Counted from the first letter of the stretch, positions 20,901 to 32,191 are shown. The stretch is 64,000 nucleotides of DNA from an uncultured Pseudomonadota bacterium (GCA_902795435.1 CADBLE010000004.1:71601-135600); one strand, 5' to 3'. Translations and numbers: made by a program. The notes: generated by a model from the sequence alone, not told the origin.

Positions 20901-21982
20901 TTAAATTTTTAGATCTTGAAAAAATAAATAACCGTTTTCGTGGTGAAATGGATGCCAGAATCAAAGATGTATTAGATTCTGGTTGGTATTTGTCTGGTAA
21001 ATGGAATGATGAATTTGCAAAACATTTTGCAGAATTTTGTGGGACAAAACATGCCGTTGGTGTGGCAAACGGTTTGGATGCAATAAACCTTATTATTCGT
21101 GGTTATGGTTTTGGTATTGGCGATGAAATAATTGTGCCGGCTAATACTTATATTGCGACAATATTGGCAATTTCTGAAAACGGTTGCACACCAGTCTTGG
21201 TTGAACCAGATATAAACACATACAATATTGACCCAGAAAAAATTGAAGAAAAAATCACATCACGAACAAAAGCAATAATAGTTGTTCATCTTTATGGTCA
21301 GGCTGTCCAGATGGCAAAAATATGGGAATTGGCAAAGAAATACAACCTGAAAGTCATTGAAGATGCAGCCCAGGCGCATGGTGCAATGTATAATGGAAAA
21401 CGTGTTGGTAACCTGGGTGATGCGGCAGCGTTCAGTTTTTATCCTGGCAAAAACCTTGGGGCACTTGGTGATGCAGGTGGTGTTACAACAAATGATACTG
21501 AATTGTTTGAAAAAGTTCATGCCATTGCTAACTATGGTTCCGACTATAAATATCATCATATTTATAAAGGGGTTAATTCACGCCTTGATGAAATTCAGGC
21601 GGCATTATTGGATGTTAAATTACCTTATCTTGATACCGATAATACACGTCGTCGTGAAATAGCAAAATATTATCGTGAAAACATCACGAATCCTAAAATC
21701 ATATTACCAAAAACATACGACGAAAATGCACATGTTTGGCACGTGTTTGCTGTCAGATGTGAGAATCGTGATGAATTATGCAAATATTTAAATGATAATG
21801 GTGTACAAACAAATATTCACTATCCAACCCCACCACACAAACAGGGTGCATACAACGAATGGAATAACCAATCTTTTCCAATTACAGAAGAAATTCATCA
21901 CACAATAATGTCTTTGCCAATGTCACCAGTGATGACAGATGATGAAGTAAAACAAATTGTTGATTTGGTAAATAAATTTTAA
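20897..21982 (+). CDS. DegT/DnrJ/EryC1/StrS-family PLP-dependent sugar aminotransferase (FdtB-like)
   Basis: 361 aa. ...[13 protein letters not shown]..., the DAAQAHGA motif and ...[20 protein letters not shown]... with the PLP-binding Lys. Confidence 0.8.
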   Translation: MIKFLDLEKINNRFRGEMDARIKDVLDSGWYLSGKWNDEFAKHFAEFCGTKHAVGVANGLDAINLIIRGYGFGIGDEIIVPANTYIATILAISENGCTPVLVEPDINTYNIDPEKIEEKITSRTKAIIVVHLYGQAVQMAKIWELAKKYNLKVIEDAAQAHGAMYNGKRVGNLGDAAAFSFYPGKNLGALGDAGGVTTNDTELFEKVHAIANYGSDYKYHHIYKGVNSRLDEIQAALLDVKLPYLDTDNTRRREIAKYYRENITNPKIILPKTYDENAHVWHVFAVRCENRDELCKYLNDNGVQTNIHYPTPPHKQGAYNEWNNQSFPITEEIHHTIMSLPMSPVMTDDEVKQIVDLVNKF

Positions 21983-21985
21983 AAA

Positions 21986-22012
21986 AAGGTGGTTTTATAC
22001 CACCTTTTTTTT
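21986..22012. terminator. bidirectional intrinsic terminator (aggtggtttt-ataccacct)
   Basis: taaaaaaaggtggttttataccaccttttttttatg lies between the convergent aminotransferase gene and the tail-fibre-like gene. Confidence 0.6.
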
Positions 22013-22514
22013 ATGCACAAAGTCCGCTTACCTGCCAACGCGCTCGTAATGATACCTCTTGTCCTGAACCATATCTACTACTTAGCATAAATCCTGTTGT
22101 TGTTTTGCTGTTTCTCTTTGTAAAAACCCAACCCCATGCGTTGATAGAATCTGTTGGTTCGTTCATAGCAATTATGTGATAATTTGTATCTGCCATTGTT
22201 ATAGGCAATGTTATTATATTACTGTCTGATGAATTTGTAGAAACCAATCCACCCATTTCAACCCAACCAGATTTGTATTTACGATACCATGTGTAATTGT
22301 TTTCCGCCGTTGGAAATTGTGATTCAACAACATAATCTGCATTGGTTAAATCTGGGATTTCGCTTTGTTTAGCCAACACAGTTCCACCGACTGTTTCACC
22401 ATCATGGACACGCAGTGTTTTATTTGTTATATCCATGGTCACTTCACCGATTGCACCAGTAAAATTATCATTTTCAGATGCGGTTCCGCGTCTGATTTGT
22501 ATTTGTCTTGACAT
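22011..22514 (-). CDS. phage tail-fibre N-terminal domain protein (Mtd_N-like), probable prophage remnant
   Basis: The N-terminus MSRQIQIRRGTASENDNFTGAIGEVTMDITNKTLRVHDGETVGGTVL matches the conserved IQxRRGT...GE..xDTDT..L.vGDG.T.GG start of phage tail fibre / major tropism determinant proteins. At 167 aa it is short, so it may be a fragment. Confidence 0.5.
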   Translation of the reverse strand: MSRQIQIRRGTASENDNFTGAIGEVTMDITNKTLRVHDGETVGGTVLAKQSEIPDLTNADYVVESQFPTAENNYTWYRKYKSGWVEMGGLVSTNSSDSNIITLPITMADTNYHIIAMNEPTDSINAWGWVFTKRNSKTTTGFMLSSRYGSGQEVSLRARWQVSGLCA

Positions 22515-22649
22515 AATTAAACTCCATTTTTTATAAAAAAAGGCCGGTATCTACCGGCAAATTGAAAATAAAAAACGACAAATAATATCGTCGTTCTATA
22601 TGGTACATTATATCACAAAACAGCAAAAAAATCAATAGATTGCTTTTAG

Positions 22650-22682
22650 GTTGATTTTTTATCGCACACGGGTATAATAAAA
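22650..22682 (+). promoter_or_regulatory. sigma70-like promoter for tRNA-Thr (TTGATT-N16-TATAAT)
   Basis: ttgattttttatcgcacacgggtataat ends about 10 nt before the tRNA 5' end. Confidence 0.45.
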
Positions 22683-22688
22683 GCCGTT

Positions 22689-22762
22689 GCCCTAATAGTC
22701 TAGTGGTAAAACACGTCCTTGGTAAGGACGAGTCGCAAGTCCGATTCTTGCTTAGGGCACCA
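22689..22762 (+). tRNA. tRNA-Thr (anticodon GGU)
   Basis: Cloverleaf: acceptor GCCCTAA/TTAGGGC, anticodon stem CGTCC/GGACG with loop TTGGTAA, T-arm GCAAG-TCCGATT-CTTGC, and an encoded CCA. One C:A mismatch in the D-stem. Confidence 0.65.
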
Positions 22763-22833
22763 GATAAGAATTCCCCACAATCTTTTTGATAATCCTTGAA
22801 AATCTGCAGAAACAACATAGTGTTTATATTGTT

Positions 22834-24678
22834 TTAAATCTTTCTGCCCCTTTCCTGTTCTGTTTTTATGCGTTCCAATATTGCTTTATATTTTTCACGA
22901 CCATTTACCAATGCCATCTCAAATTCGTGTCCCAATTCGCTATCAGAACCCGCAACCAATTGTTTTACAGTTGGAATTGTTCCATTATCTAACGAATTTC
23001 TGATTCCATTTATAATGGCATTTTTTTCCATTTTAACCATTATTTTGCCTTCGTCCGACATACCAATTTCACCACTGGTTCCAATATAAGACATGTGTTC
23101 TTCCAGATTTCTGTTTTGACCAATTTCTGGGATAATAAAAACATTTCCCAATTTATCTGGGAACCATGCAACACCTTCTTTGAATAACGGACGCCCCAAC
23201 AATTCAAACAAATTATAATATTTACTGTTAAAATCCATTGCGGAACAAAAACTGATAAATGTAGATTTTGATACACCCAATGGACAATATGGCGCAAACC
23301 CAACACAGTATAATTGTTTTTGGATATCTTTCATTTCTTGTTTCGTATATCCCAATATTGCCATTTTTTCCTGCATCATTTCTTCCAATTTCAAGAATGT
23401 ATATCCGCCATGACAATGTGCAAAAATATTCAGATTTCTGATATATCTTTTTGCCAATTCAACATCTATTTTTTTGCCGTCTTGGGATATACGTGGCAAA
23501 ATTGCTATATCAAATAATTTTTTGATATACCTTGGGTTTGTTTGTTCGGGTGAATCATTATCAAATTTTTTCCTAAGGATATATCTTTCCACCCTGAGTG
23601 AAACCAACGCATGTAATCTGCGACGACCTTTTTCAAAAGCCATTCTCATACGGGCATGACCATCATTAAATGAATATTTTACATCTTCTGGCTCACCAAA
23701 ATCATATACAACACTGTAAATTCCTATATTGTCTTGTAATCCATTTGTATCCAACAGATATTCAATACTTTTCATATATCCACTTGCTTTTTTAGGGTCA
23801 TCAGCACCATTTCCGCCCAACACCAAAACACTTACTTCGTCTATTGGAATTTGTTCTACACTCTGGTATCCATATTCGTTTTCTAAACTCTTTTCTACCC
23901 TTTTTGCAATTTCAACATTACTGCGTAAATCTTCTACATCATTAAAAACACGTGCAATAACTTTTTTCTGGTGCGGATTTATTATGTCTGTTCTGGTTTT
24001 TATCTGTTTCAATATTTTTGCACTGCGTTTTTTGTATTCTGGAAAATTATATAATCTGACTGTCAAATTTATTATATTATCTGCCACTTCTGTATCCAAT
24101 GATGCCGATAACAAAGCAACATTTATCATTTCAAACAGATTATCTATGACAGAATTATCTATATTCAAAACAAAATTATTTTCATTGTGAAATTTTAACA
24201 ATTTAGAAATTCGTATAATACTGGAACCAGTATTCAGATAATCAAAAATTTGACTTAAATATAATTTCTTTTTAATTCCACCAACACTCTGTGCAATTAA
24301 ATACAAAAAAGATAAATTTTTTTCAGAATATTTTTTGTTTAATTCTTCATATATTTTGTTAAACACATAATCAGATATTTCTGGATATTTTCCAACAGCC
24401 AACAATAACGTTTTGTTATTTATAACAACTTCATAATTATTCAACATAAATTTGAAAGATTCTATTGCTTCGTCTTTCGGCAATTTTTCAAGAATTTTGA
24501 TGTATAATTTCGTCACATCTGGCAAAACATCATTATTACAATAATTTACAAACGCCAATCTGTGTAATTCTTTGTAAAAATTATCCAAAACATCTGAAAT
24601 ATCAGATTCATCAACAGAATCTGACATTTTTATTATCAAATCATTAAAATATAAATAATTATCTAAATCTTTGCTCAT
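22834..24678 (-). CDS. large orphan protein; possible alpha/beta-hydrolase-like enzyme with a Cys nucleophile elbow (AHCHGG); effector-like
   Basis: 614 aa with no signal peptide, a helical N-terminal half, and a C-terminal half carrying VLVLGGNGADDP and NIFAHCHGGYT (Sm-x-Nu-x-Sm). It lies beside tRNA-Thr. Confidence 0.4.
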   Translation of the reverse strand: MSKDLDNYLYFNDLIIKMSDSVDESDISDVLDNFYKELHRLAFVNYCNNDVLPDVTKLYIKILEKLPKDEAIESFKFMLNNYEVVINNKTLLLAVGKYPEISDYVFNKIYEELNKKYSEKNLSFLYLIAQSVGGIKKKLYLSQIFDYLNTGSSIIRISKLLKFHNENNFVLNIDNSVIDNLFEMINVALLSASLDTEVADNIINLTVRLYNFPEYKKRSAKILKQIKTRTDIINPHQKKVIARVFNDVEDLRSNVEIAKRVEKSLENEYGYQSVEQIPIDEVSVLVLGGNGADDPKKASGYMKSIEYLLDTNGLQDNIGIYSVVYDFGEPEDVKYSFNDGHARMRMAFEKGRRRLHALVSLRVERYILRKKFDNDSPEQTNPRYIKKLFDIAILPRISQDGKKIDVELAKRYIRNLNIFAHCHGGYTFLKLEEMMQEKMAILGYTKQEMKDIQKQLYCVGFAPYCPLGVSKSTFISFCSAMDFNSKYYNLFELLGRPLFKEGVAWFPDKLGNVFIIPEIGQNRNLEEHMSYIGTSGEIGMSDEGKIMVKMEKNAIINGIRNSLDNGTIPTVKQLVAGSDSELGHEFEMALVNGREKYKAILERIKTEQERGRKI

Positions 24679-24716
24679 AAGATTATTATATCATTTTTTA
24701 CAATGTTTATAAAACA

Positions 24717-25391
24717 TTATCTGCCATGAAACATATTAGATATAAAATCTTTGACCAACACAATCGGGTGTTTCATTTTCAACCATTTTGGTTTATCCAA
24801 TAATCTGAATTTTTCACCGTCCCATTGTAATATCATATAATCTGCATTTGGCATACCACCGTTCGCATAGTTTGTATATCTTGTTAAAATTGCCCTGATT
24901 ACACCACCATGTGTCGCAATACCGATATTTTCAGAATCTGTATTTTTCACAATGTAATCAAGTGCCTCGCTTACACGATTTATACATGAATTGAAACTTT
25001 CACCATTTTCAGGAACATAATCATTGTCTATCAACAACAAACGCGGAATTGAAACCGTATCTGTTGTTAAATCTATCGGGGTATATTTTGGTGCCTTGAT
25101 TACATTTAAAATTTTACCCTTAAACACACCAAGGTCCCATTCATGTAATCTGTTATCAACAATAACAGGTGTATTATTTGGTTTTGCAACAATCTTTGCA
25201 GTTTCAATCGCACGTCCCAATTTAGATGTATAAATACACCCCAGATTTACATTTGCTAATTTTTTAGCTAATTCTTCTGCCTGATGAATACCATTTTGAT
25301 TTAATGGAATATCTAAAACACTTTGCATACGGCGGGCAATATTATAATCTGTTTCACCATGTCTGAATATATAAAGGTTCTTTATCATCAA
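24717..25391 (-). CDS. histidine phosphatase family protein (phosphoglycerate mutase-like / CobC-SixA type)
   Basis: LYIFRHGETDYN catalytic RHG motif, and ...GIATHGGVIRA (second His). Confidence 0.7.
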   Translation of the reverse strand: MMIKNLYIFRHGETDYNIARRMQSVLDIPLNQNGIHQAEELAKKLANVNLGCIYTSKLGRAIETAKIVAKPNNTPVIVDNRLHEWDLGVFKGKILNVIKAPKYTPIDLTTDTVSIPRLLLIDNDYVPENGESFNSCINRVSEALDYIVKNTDSENIGIATHGGVIRAILTRYTNYANGGMPNADYMILQWDGEKFRLLDKPKWLKMKHPIVLVKDFISNMFHGR

Positions 25392-25498
25392 AAAGTCCTT
25401 TTCTTTTTATTATATCATGAAAATATCGGTGTCAATAATATAATTATTGTCTTAGATAAAATAAGTGCTATATTGTAAATCAAAAATCGGGGGTAAAT

Positions 25499-26335
25499 AT
25501 GGCTGTAATTATGGACGGTATTGCATTAAGAAATCGTATCTTAAACGAATTGAAAATTCGTGTTGATAAAATATCACAAAAACCAAAATTAGTTGCTGTC
25601 TTGGTCGGCAACGATCCCGCCAGTCAAATTTATGTCCGAAACAAAGAAAAATTTGCTGAAATTGCTGGTATTGAAACAGATGTTATTCGTATGCCAGAAA
25701 CATCATCAACAAATGATGTAATTTCAATAATTGAAAAATTAAATGATGATAAATCTGTAAATGCAATATTGGTTCAATTACCATTACCAAAACACATAGA
25801 TACAAAAACAGTATTGAATACTGTTTCTGAAACAAAAGATGTTGATGGTTTTACCGATACCAATATTTGCAAAATGTTTGGCAGTGGCAATAATTATATA
25901 ATTCCATGTACACCACGCGGAATATTAGAAATATTAGACGAATACAAAATAGATGTTGCTGGTAAAAACGCGGTTATAATCGGTCGTTCTGATATTGTTG
26001 GAAAACCAACCGCAATGATGTTATTACAACGAAATGCAACCGTAACAATTTGCCACAGCAAAACACAAAATTTATCTGAATATACACGCAATGCAGATAT
26101 TATTGTCGCTGCAACTGGCAAAATAAAAATCACAGGCGATATAATAAAACCAGGTTGCGTATTACTGGATGTCGGTATGCAACGTGATGAAAACGGAAAA
26201 TTACATGGCGATTGCGATTTTGAATCATGTGAAAAAATAGCGGGCTATATAACACCAACCCCGGGTGGCATCGGCCCAATGACAATCGCAGGTCTGATGG
26301 AAAATGTTATTGATATAACCGAAAAAAATATGTAA
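25499..26335 (+). CDS. folD: bifunctional methylenetetrahydrofolate dehydrogenase/cyclohydrolase FolD
   Basis: KLVAVLVGNDPASQIYVRNKEK, ...VIIGRSDIVGKPTAMMLL..., ...PTPGGIGPMTIA. Confidence 0.85.
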   Translation: MAVIMDGIALRNRILNELKIRVDKISQKPKLVAVLVGNDPASQIYVRNKEKFAEIAGIETDVIRMPETSSTNDVISIIEKLNDDKSVNAILVQLPLPKHIDTKTVLNTVSETKDVDGFTDTNICKMFGSGNNYIIPCTPRGILEILDEYKIDVAGKNAVIIGRSDIVGKPTAMMLLQRNATVTICHSKTQNLSEYTRNADIIVAATGKIKITGDIIKPGCVLLDVGMQRDENGKLHGDCDFESCEKIAGYITPTPGGIGPMTIAGLMENVIDITEKNM

Positions 26336-26350
26336 AAACACTGGTATTTT

Positions 26351-26560
26351 CCTCATCTTTCGCGACTAGCGGCGAAGGGATTGTTTCGCTTACGCTTCAC
26401 TCCATTGCAAAATTTACCTTATGGCAAACCGGCGTTATTCCGCCTTTTTGCCGCGGATCGGACCCCTGTGTCGGTGTCCAAATCCCAGATATCAAAATAA
26501 AAAACGACCACAAGGGTCGTTTGTTATTTTGGTAGCGGCGAAGGGATTGTATATTCCCAC
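26351..26560 (-). repeat. two extra copies of the tRNA-Met 3' end (AATCCCTTCGCCGCTAC/G), plus a 19-nt repeat TAGTCGCGAAAGATGAGGA and partial T-arm copies; att-scar-like
   Basis: On the minus strand, AATCCCTTCGCCGCTACCA recurs at 26530-26548 followed by its own hairpin/T-tract terminator, and ATCCCTTCGCCGCTAG recurs at 26366-26382. cctcatctttcgcgacta occurs at 26351-26368 and 26649-26666. cggacccctg occurs at 26459 and 26723. Confidence 0.6.
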
Positions 26561-26704
26561 TCATTTTATTCGTGGGTCCCTTTCCAAATCGCAACGTTTC
26601 GAACTGCGTTTCACTTGTTCTCAACTGCTATTTTGTCGGACCTAGGGTCCTCATCTTTCGCGACTATACCAAAATTAAAACCGGGATAAACCCGGTTTGA
26701 ATTT

Positions 26705-26779
26705 TGGTAGCGGCGAAGGGATTCGGACCCCTGACCAAAGGATTATGATTCCTCTGCTCTACCACTGAGCTACGCCGCC
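26705..26779 (-). tRNA. tRNA-Met elongator (or tRNA-Ile2) with anticodon CAU
   Basis: The reverse complement reads GGCGGCG-TA-GCTC-AGTGGTA-GAGC-A-GAGGA-ATCATAA-TCCTT-TGGTC-AGGGG-TCCGAAT-CCCTT-CGCCGCT-A-CCA, a full cloverleaf. A terminator hairpin aaccggg/cccggtt follows. Confidence 0.8.
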
Positions 26780-26783
26780 AGGC

Positions 26784-26806
26784 TCTACCACTGAGCTACG
26801 CCGCCA
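26784..26806 (-). repeat. tandem duplicate of the first 23 nt (acceptor plus D-arm) of tRNA-Met, lying between the promoter and the intact tRNA
   Basis: ctctaccactgagctacgccgcc appears twice in tandem, at 26757-26779 and 26784-26806. Confidence 0.6.
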
Positions 26807-26814
26807 GTACGCAA

Positions 26815-26846
26815 CATTATAACAAACTTTTTTCACTTTGCAACTA
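26815..26846 (-). promoter_or_regulatory. sigma70-like promoter (TTGCAA-N16-TATAAT) driving the tRNA-Met locus
   Basis: The minus strand reads ttgcaaagtgaaaaaagtttgttataatgttgcgtactGGCGGCG. Confidence 0.45.
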
Positions 26847-26890
26847 GGAATTCATGTCATTTGTATTATATGTGCAATTTAGAATAAAAT

Positions 26891-27466
26891 TTGGTTATGA
26901 AAAAATCTGTATTTTTACTATTTTTGTTCACAAATACCACAATGGCTAACACCTGTCTTTTGCCTGAAAAAGACCCGTTTATGGGCGATTTTACTAATCA
27001 AATTGGATTCGGCATAGGCCAGGGATTTGACACCGGTATCTTATTACCACCACCGGTTCGGCCGGTTCCGTTTTATATCATGACTTTACAATATTCACAA
27101 CCAACAAAATTTTTCAGAATACCCGCCCGCCGTTCATTAAACATTTCCCAAACAATCGGTTTCAATGAAAAATTCGGTTGGAATTGGCAAGATTATTCTA
27201 TACCCATTGCCTATGTCAGCGAAGATATAGCCATGTTCAGATATGATAAAATTTATATGGGCATGGGTGCGGGTGTTGGTCTGCAAGCGAAAGAAAACAA
27301 GCGTCTTGGTTCTAAACTGTTATTTCAATTCAAGATAAGTTTTGGATATAATTTCAACAAAAGATGGGCAACAGAAATCTTTATTCAACATTTTTCCAAT
27401 GCGAATACAGCCGAAGAAAACCATTCATACGCATTTTACGGAATTGGTTTAACACATAATTTTTAA
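26891..27466 (+). CDS. outer-membrane beta-barrel protein, PagL-like lipid A 3-O-deacylase candidate
   Basis: Signal peptide, alternating beta-strand pattern, a C-terminal HFSNANTAEENHSYAFYGIGLTHNF with an H-x-S-N motif, and a terminal Phe (OMP signature). Confidence 0.4.
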   Translation: MVMKKSVFLLFLFTNTTMANTCLLPEKDPFMGDFTNQIGFGIGQGFDTGILLPPPVRPVPFYIMTLQYSQPTKFFRIPARRSLNISQTIGFNEKFGWNWQDYSIPIAYVSEDIAMFRYDKIYMGMGAGVGLQAKENKRLGSKLLFQFKISFGYNFNKRWATEIFIQHFSNANTAEENHSYAFYGIGLTHNF

Positions 27467-27469
27467 CAA

Positions 27470-28135
27470 CTACCAATCTATTGGTGTTTCACCATGTGCA
27501 ATTAAATATTCATTTGTTTTCGAGAAATGATGATTACCGAAAAAACCACGATATGCAGACAATGGCGATGGGTGTGCAGATTTCAGAATTAAATTTTGTT
27601 GTGCATTTACAACATCTGCTTTCTTTTGTGCAAATGAACCCCATAATAAATAAACAACATTTTTTCTGTTTTCAGATACCGCGCGTATAACCGCATCTGT
27701 AAAAGTTTCCCAACCCTTGCCTGAATGCGACGCCGCTTGATGCGCACGAACCGTAAGTGTTGAATTTAACAATAACACACCCTGGCGCGCCCAATATGAT
27801 AAATCACCATTTGTTTTTGATTTATGCCCAATATCAGATTCTATTTCTTTGTAAATATTTACCAAAGACGGCGGTAAATCTATACCGTTTTCAACTGAAA
27901 AACAAAGACCATGCGCCTGACCCGGTTCATGATATGGATCTTGGCCGATAATGACAACTTTTACATCAGACAACGGACACAAATTAAACGCATTAAAAAT
28001 ATTTTGAGGTTTTGGATAAATAGTTTTCCCAGATTTATATTCATCACGAACAAAATCAGTCAGTTTTTGGAAATATTCTTTTTCAAATTCACCCGATAAA
28101 ACATCTTTCCAAGATTGTTCAATTTTAACATCCAT
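27470..28135 (-). CDS. ung: uracil-DNA glycosylase
   Basis: VVIIGQDPYHEPGQAHGLCFSV and HPSPLSA motifs. Confidence 0.85.
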   Translation of the reverse strand: MDVKIEQSWKDVLSGEFEKEYFQKLTDFVRDEYKSGKTIYPKPQNIFNAFNLCPLSDVKVVIIGQDPYHEPGQAHGLCFSVENGIDLPPSLVNIYKEIESDIGHKSKTNGDLSYWARQGVLLLNSTLTVRAHQAASHSGKGWETFTDAVIRAVSENRKNVVYLLWGSFAQKKADVVNAQQNLILKSAHPSPLSAYRGFFGNHHFSKTNEYLIAHGETPIDW

Positions 28136-28858
28136 TTATAAAACCTCTATTAAATGATTTTGTAATGCTTTCCATAAAACAACATCTATGTAACCAATTG
28201 GTAAATTTGTTTGTTCATGTAAATGTTCAAACATATCATCACAGCATTTTTTTATATCTATATCTAATTTACCATTATCTATTCTTTCAGCAAGCACATT
28301 ATTTCCGCCGTATACAACCCCAAGGCGTTGAATCCAAATATCATATTTCACAACATTTTCACCCAAATTTCGTGCCAAATGATTTGCAGTTATTTTTCCA
28401 ATATGTGGTAAATGTTGCAGGTAATTTAATTTTTCGTCCAATGTGGAACATTTGTAAAAACCATCACAAAAATCTTGTCTGTTATTCCAAATTTTATAAA
28501 TAGCGTTTATTTTATTTTTGTTGTTAAACACATTTAATAAATCTTCAACAGATGGATAAGAGGGCAACATATCCATAATTATTTTATGAATTCTTTTTGC
28601 TGTTTTTTGTGAAAAACCACCCGCCAATATAACATACGAAACCGTGCTGGCAAATTCGGTTGGATTTAATTTTTTCGGGTTTGATAAATTTTCTTTTATT
28701 TCATCAAAAGATTTATCATCACTATCCAAACCCATTTCGCGCAGTTTAGATTCAATTTCTAAAAACCAATCTTTTGAGAAAATTTCATGCATTTGTTTTT
28801 CCAAATTTTGTAATTGCGGTATACAACACAGAATTATCAGATGATTTGTCAGATTCAA
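28136..28858 (-). CDS. helix-hairpin-helix (HhH-GPD-like) DNA glycosylase-family protein
   Basis: LQHLPHIGKITANHLARNLG is an HhH motif. It is adjacent to ung. The true start may be the internal Met at residue 23, at 28792. Confidence 0.4.
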   Translation of the reverse strand: MNLTNHLIILCCIPQLQNLEKQMHEIFSKDWFLEIESKLREMGLDSDDKSFDEIKENLSNPKKLNPTEFASTVSYVILAGGFSQKTAKRIHKIIMDMLPSYPSVEDLLNVFNNKNKINAIYKIWNNRQDFCDGFYKCSTLDEKLNYLQHLPHIGKITANHLARNLGENVVKYDIWIQRLGVVYGGNNVLAERIDNGKLDIDIKKCCDDMFEHLHEQTNLPIGYIDVVLWKALQNHLIEVL

Positions 28859-28979
28859 TTATTTTTTGTTTGATTTTTTCTTTGGCGTCATTCAATGCCT
28901 GGACAGATTTCAATATTTCGTCAGGGGTTTTTGCCAGACGATTTTTTTCAACATTTTGTTTTTTTAAATCGTCTGCCAT
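28785..28979 (-). CDS. small Lys/Glu-rich hypothetical protein
   Basis: 64-aa ORF with a strong SD-like aagggggtaaaaATG. Confidence 0.3.
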   Translation of the reverse strand: MADDLKKQNVEKNRLAKTPDEILKSVQALNDAKEKIKQKIIESDKSSDNSVLYTAITKFGKTNA

Positions 28980-28999
28980 TTTTACCCCCCTTGTTTTAT

Positions 29000-31399
<2,400 letters not shown>

Positions 31400-31503
31400 T
31401 TAAAATTCCTTTCTTTTTGCTATGTAAAACATAGCAATTTATGATATAATTATCAAGTGAAAAGGTATAAAAAAGCACTATTTTTAACCAAAAGGTTTAA
31501 TCT

Positions 31504-32073
31504 ATGAAATTCAAGTTACTTTACTATGGCGACATTTTAACAAACCCGAAAAAACGCGCCCAACATATCGCGGATATTCGTATGCAATTTCACCCTCAAT
31601 TAAAGAAATTGCTAAATTTCCAACCATGGAACAATTTGTCTAAATTTATGATGCCAGACGCCATAAAAAGCCCGATTATAACCCGTCATATCGGCGGCAT
31701 AGATTTCAATCCAATCATTACATCAAATCTGAAAATGATTGCAGAATTAGACATATTGTTGATGCACCCTGAAATTGTCGGTGTTCCACGTTCAGACATA
31801 GATAACCGCGTTAAAACAATATTGGACGGCCTGCGTTGCCCACAAAACGAACACGAAATCGGTCAAAATACACCACATGATGTTGGACCAATCTATACTC
31901 TGTTAGACGACGACCATTTGGTTACAAAATTGACCGTCAACACCAGCCACCTATTATCAACAGATATGTTCCCAGAAAACGCAAAAACGTCCCCAGATTC
32001 AGTTTTCATGCTGATAGACGTGAATGTAAGGGTTACAGAAGGAACACTTGAAAACCTGCCATTTATGGCTTAA
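31504..32073 (+). CDS. hypothetical protein
   Basis: 189-aa ORF that I do not recognise. A hairpin terminator follows. Confidence 0.4.
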   Translation: MKFKLLYYGDILTNPKKRAQHIADIRMQFHPQLKKLLNFQPWNNLSKFMMPDAIKSPIITRHIGGIDFNPIITSNLKMIAELDILLMHPEIVGVPRSDIDNRVKTILDGLRCPQNEHEIGQNTPHDVGPIYTLLDDDHLVTKLTVNTSHLLSTDMFPENAKTSPDSVFMLIDVNVRVTEGTLENLPFMA

Positions 32074-32085
32074 ATAAAAGCAAAT

Positions 32086-32118
32086 AAAAAACACCCACGT
32101 TTGTGGGTGTTTTTCTTC
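32086..32118. terminator. bidirectional intrinsic terminator (acacccacgtttgtgggtgt)
   Basis: aaaaaacacccacgtttgtgggtgtttttct lies between convergent genes. Confidence 0.6.
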
Positions 32119-32191
32119 AGGAAAAAGAAAGAGAACCATGAATTCCCTTTCATTGACATACCAAAACGATATGCCAATTGGTTTTTGCCGA

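Noticed and set aside
22531-22818. 95-aa minus-strand ORF
   Set aside because: It spans tRNA-Thr and its promoter.
26397-26645. 75-aa and 74-aa ORFs on opposite strands
   Set aside because: They lie entirely within the tRNA-fragment repeat region. Their composition follows the repeats, not coding sequence.
26340-26830. Two-piece (permuted) tmRNA/ssrA, as expected in alphaproteobacteria
   Set aside because: The region has repeated tRNA-like 3' ends with CCA, but I could not find a tag reading frame (ANDN…AA*) or a 5' acceptor strand complementary to CGCCGCU outside the bona fide tRNA-Met. The pieces are better explained as att-type fragments.
28136-28979. Single long gene spanning the HhH protein and the 64-aa ORF
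   Set aside because: They are in different frames. I kept them as two short overlapping genes, with the small one at low confidence.
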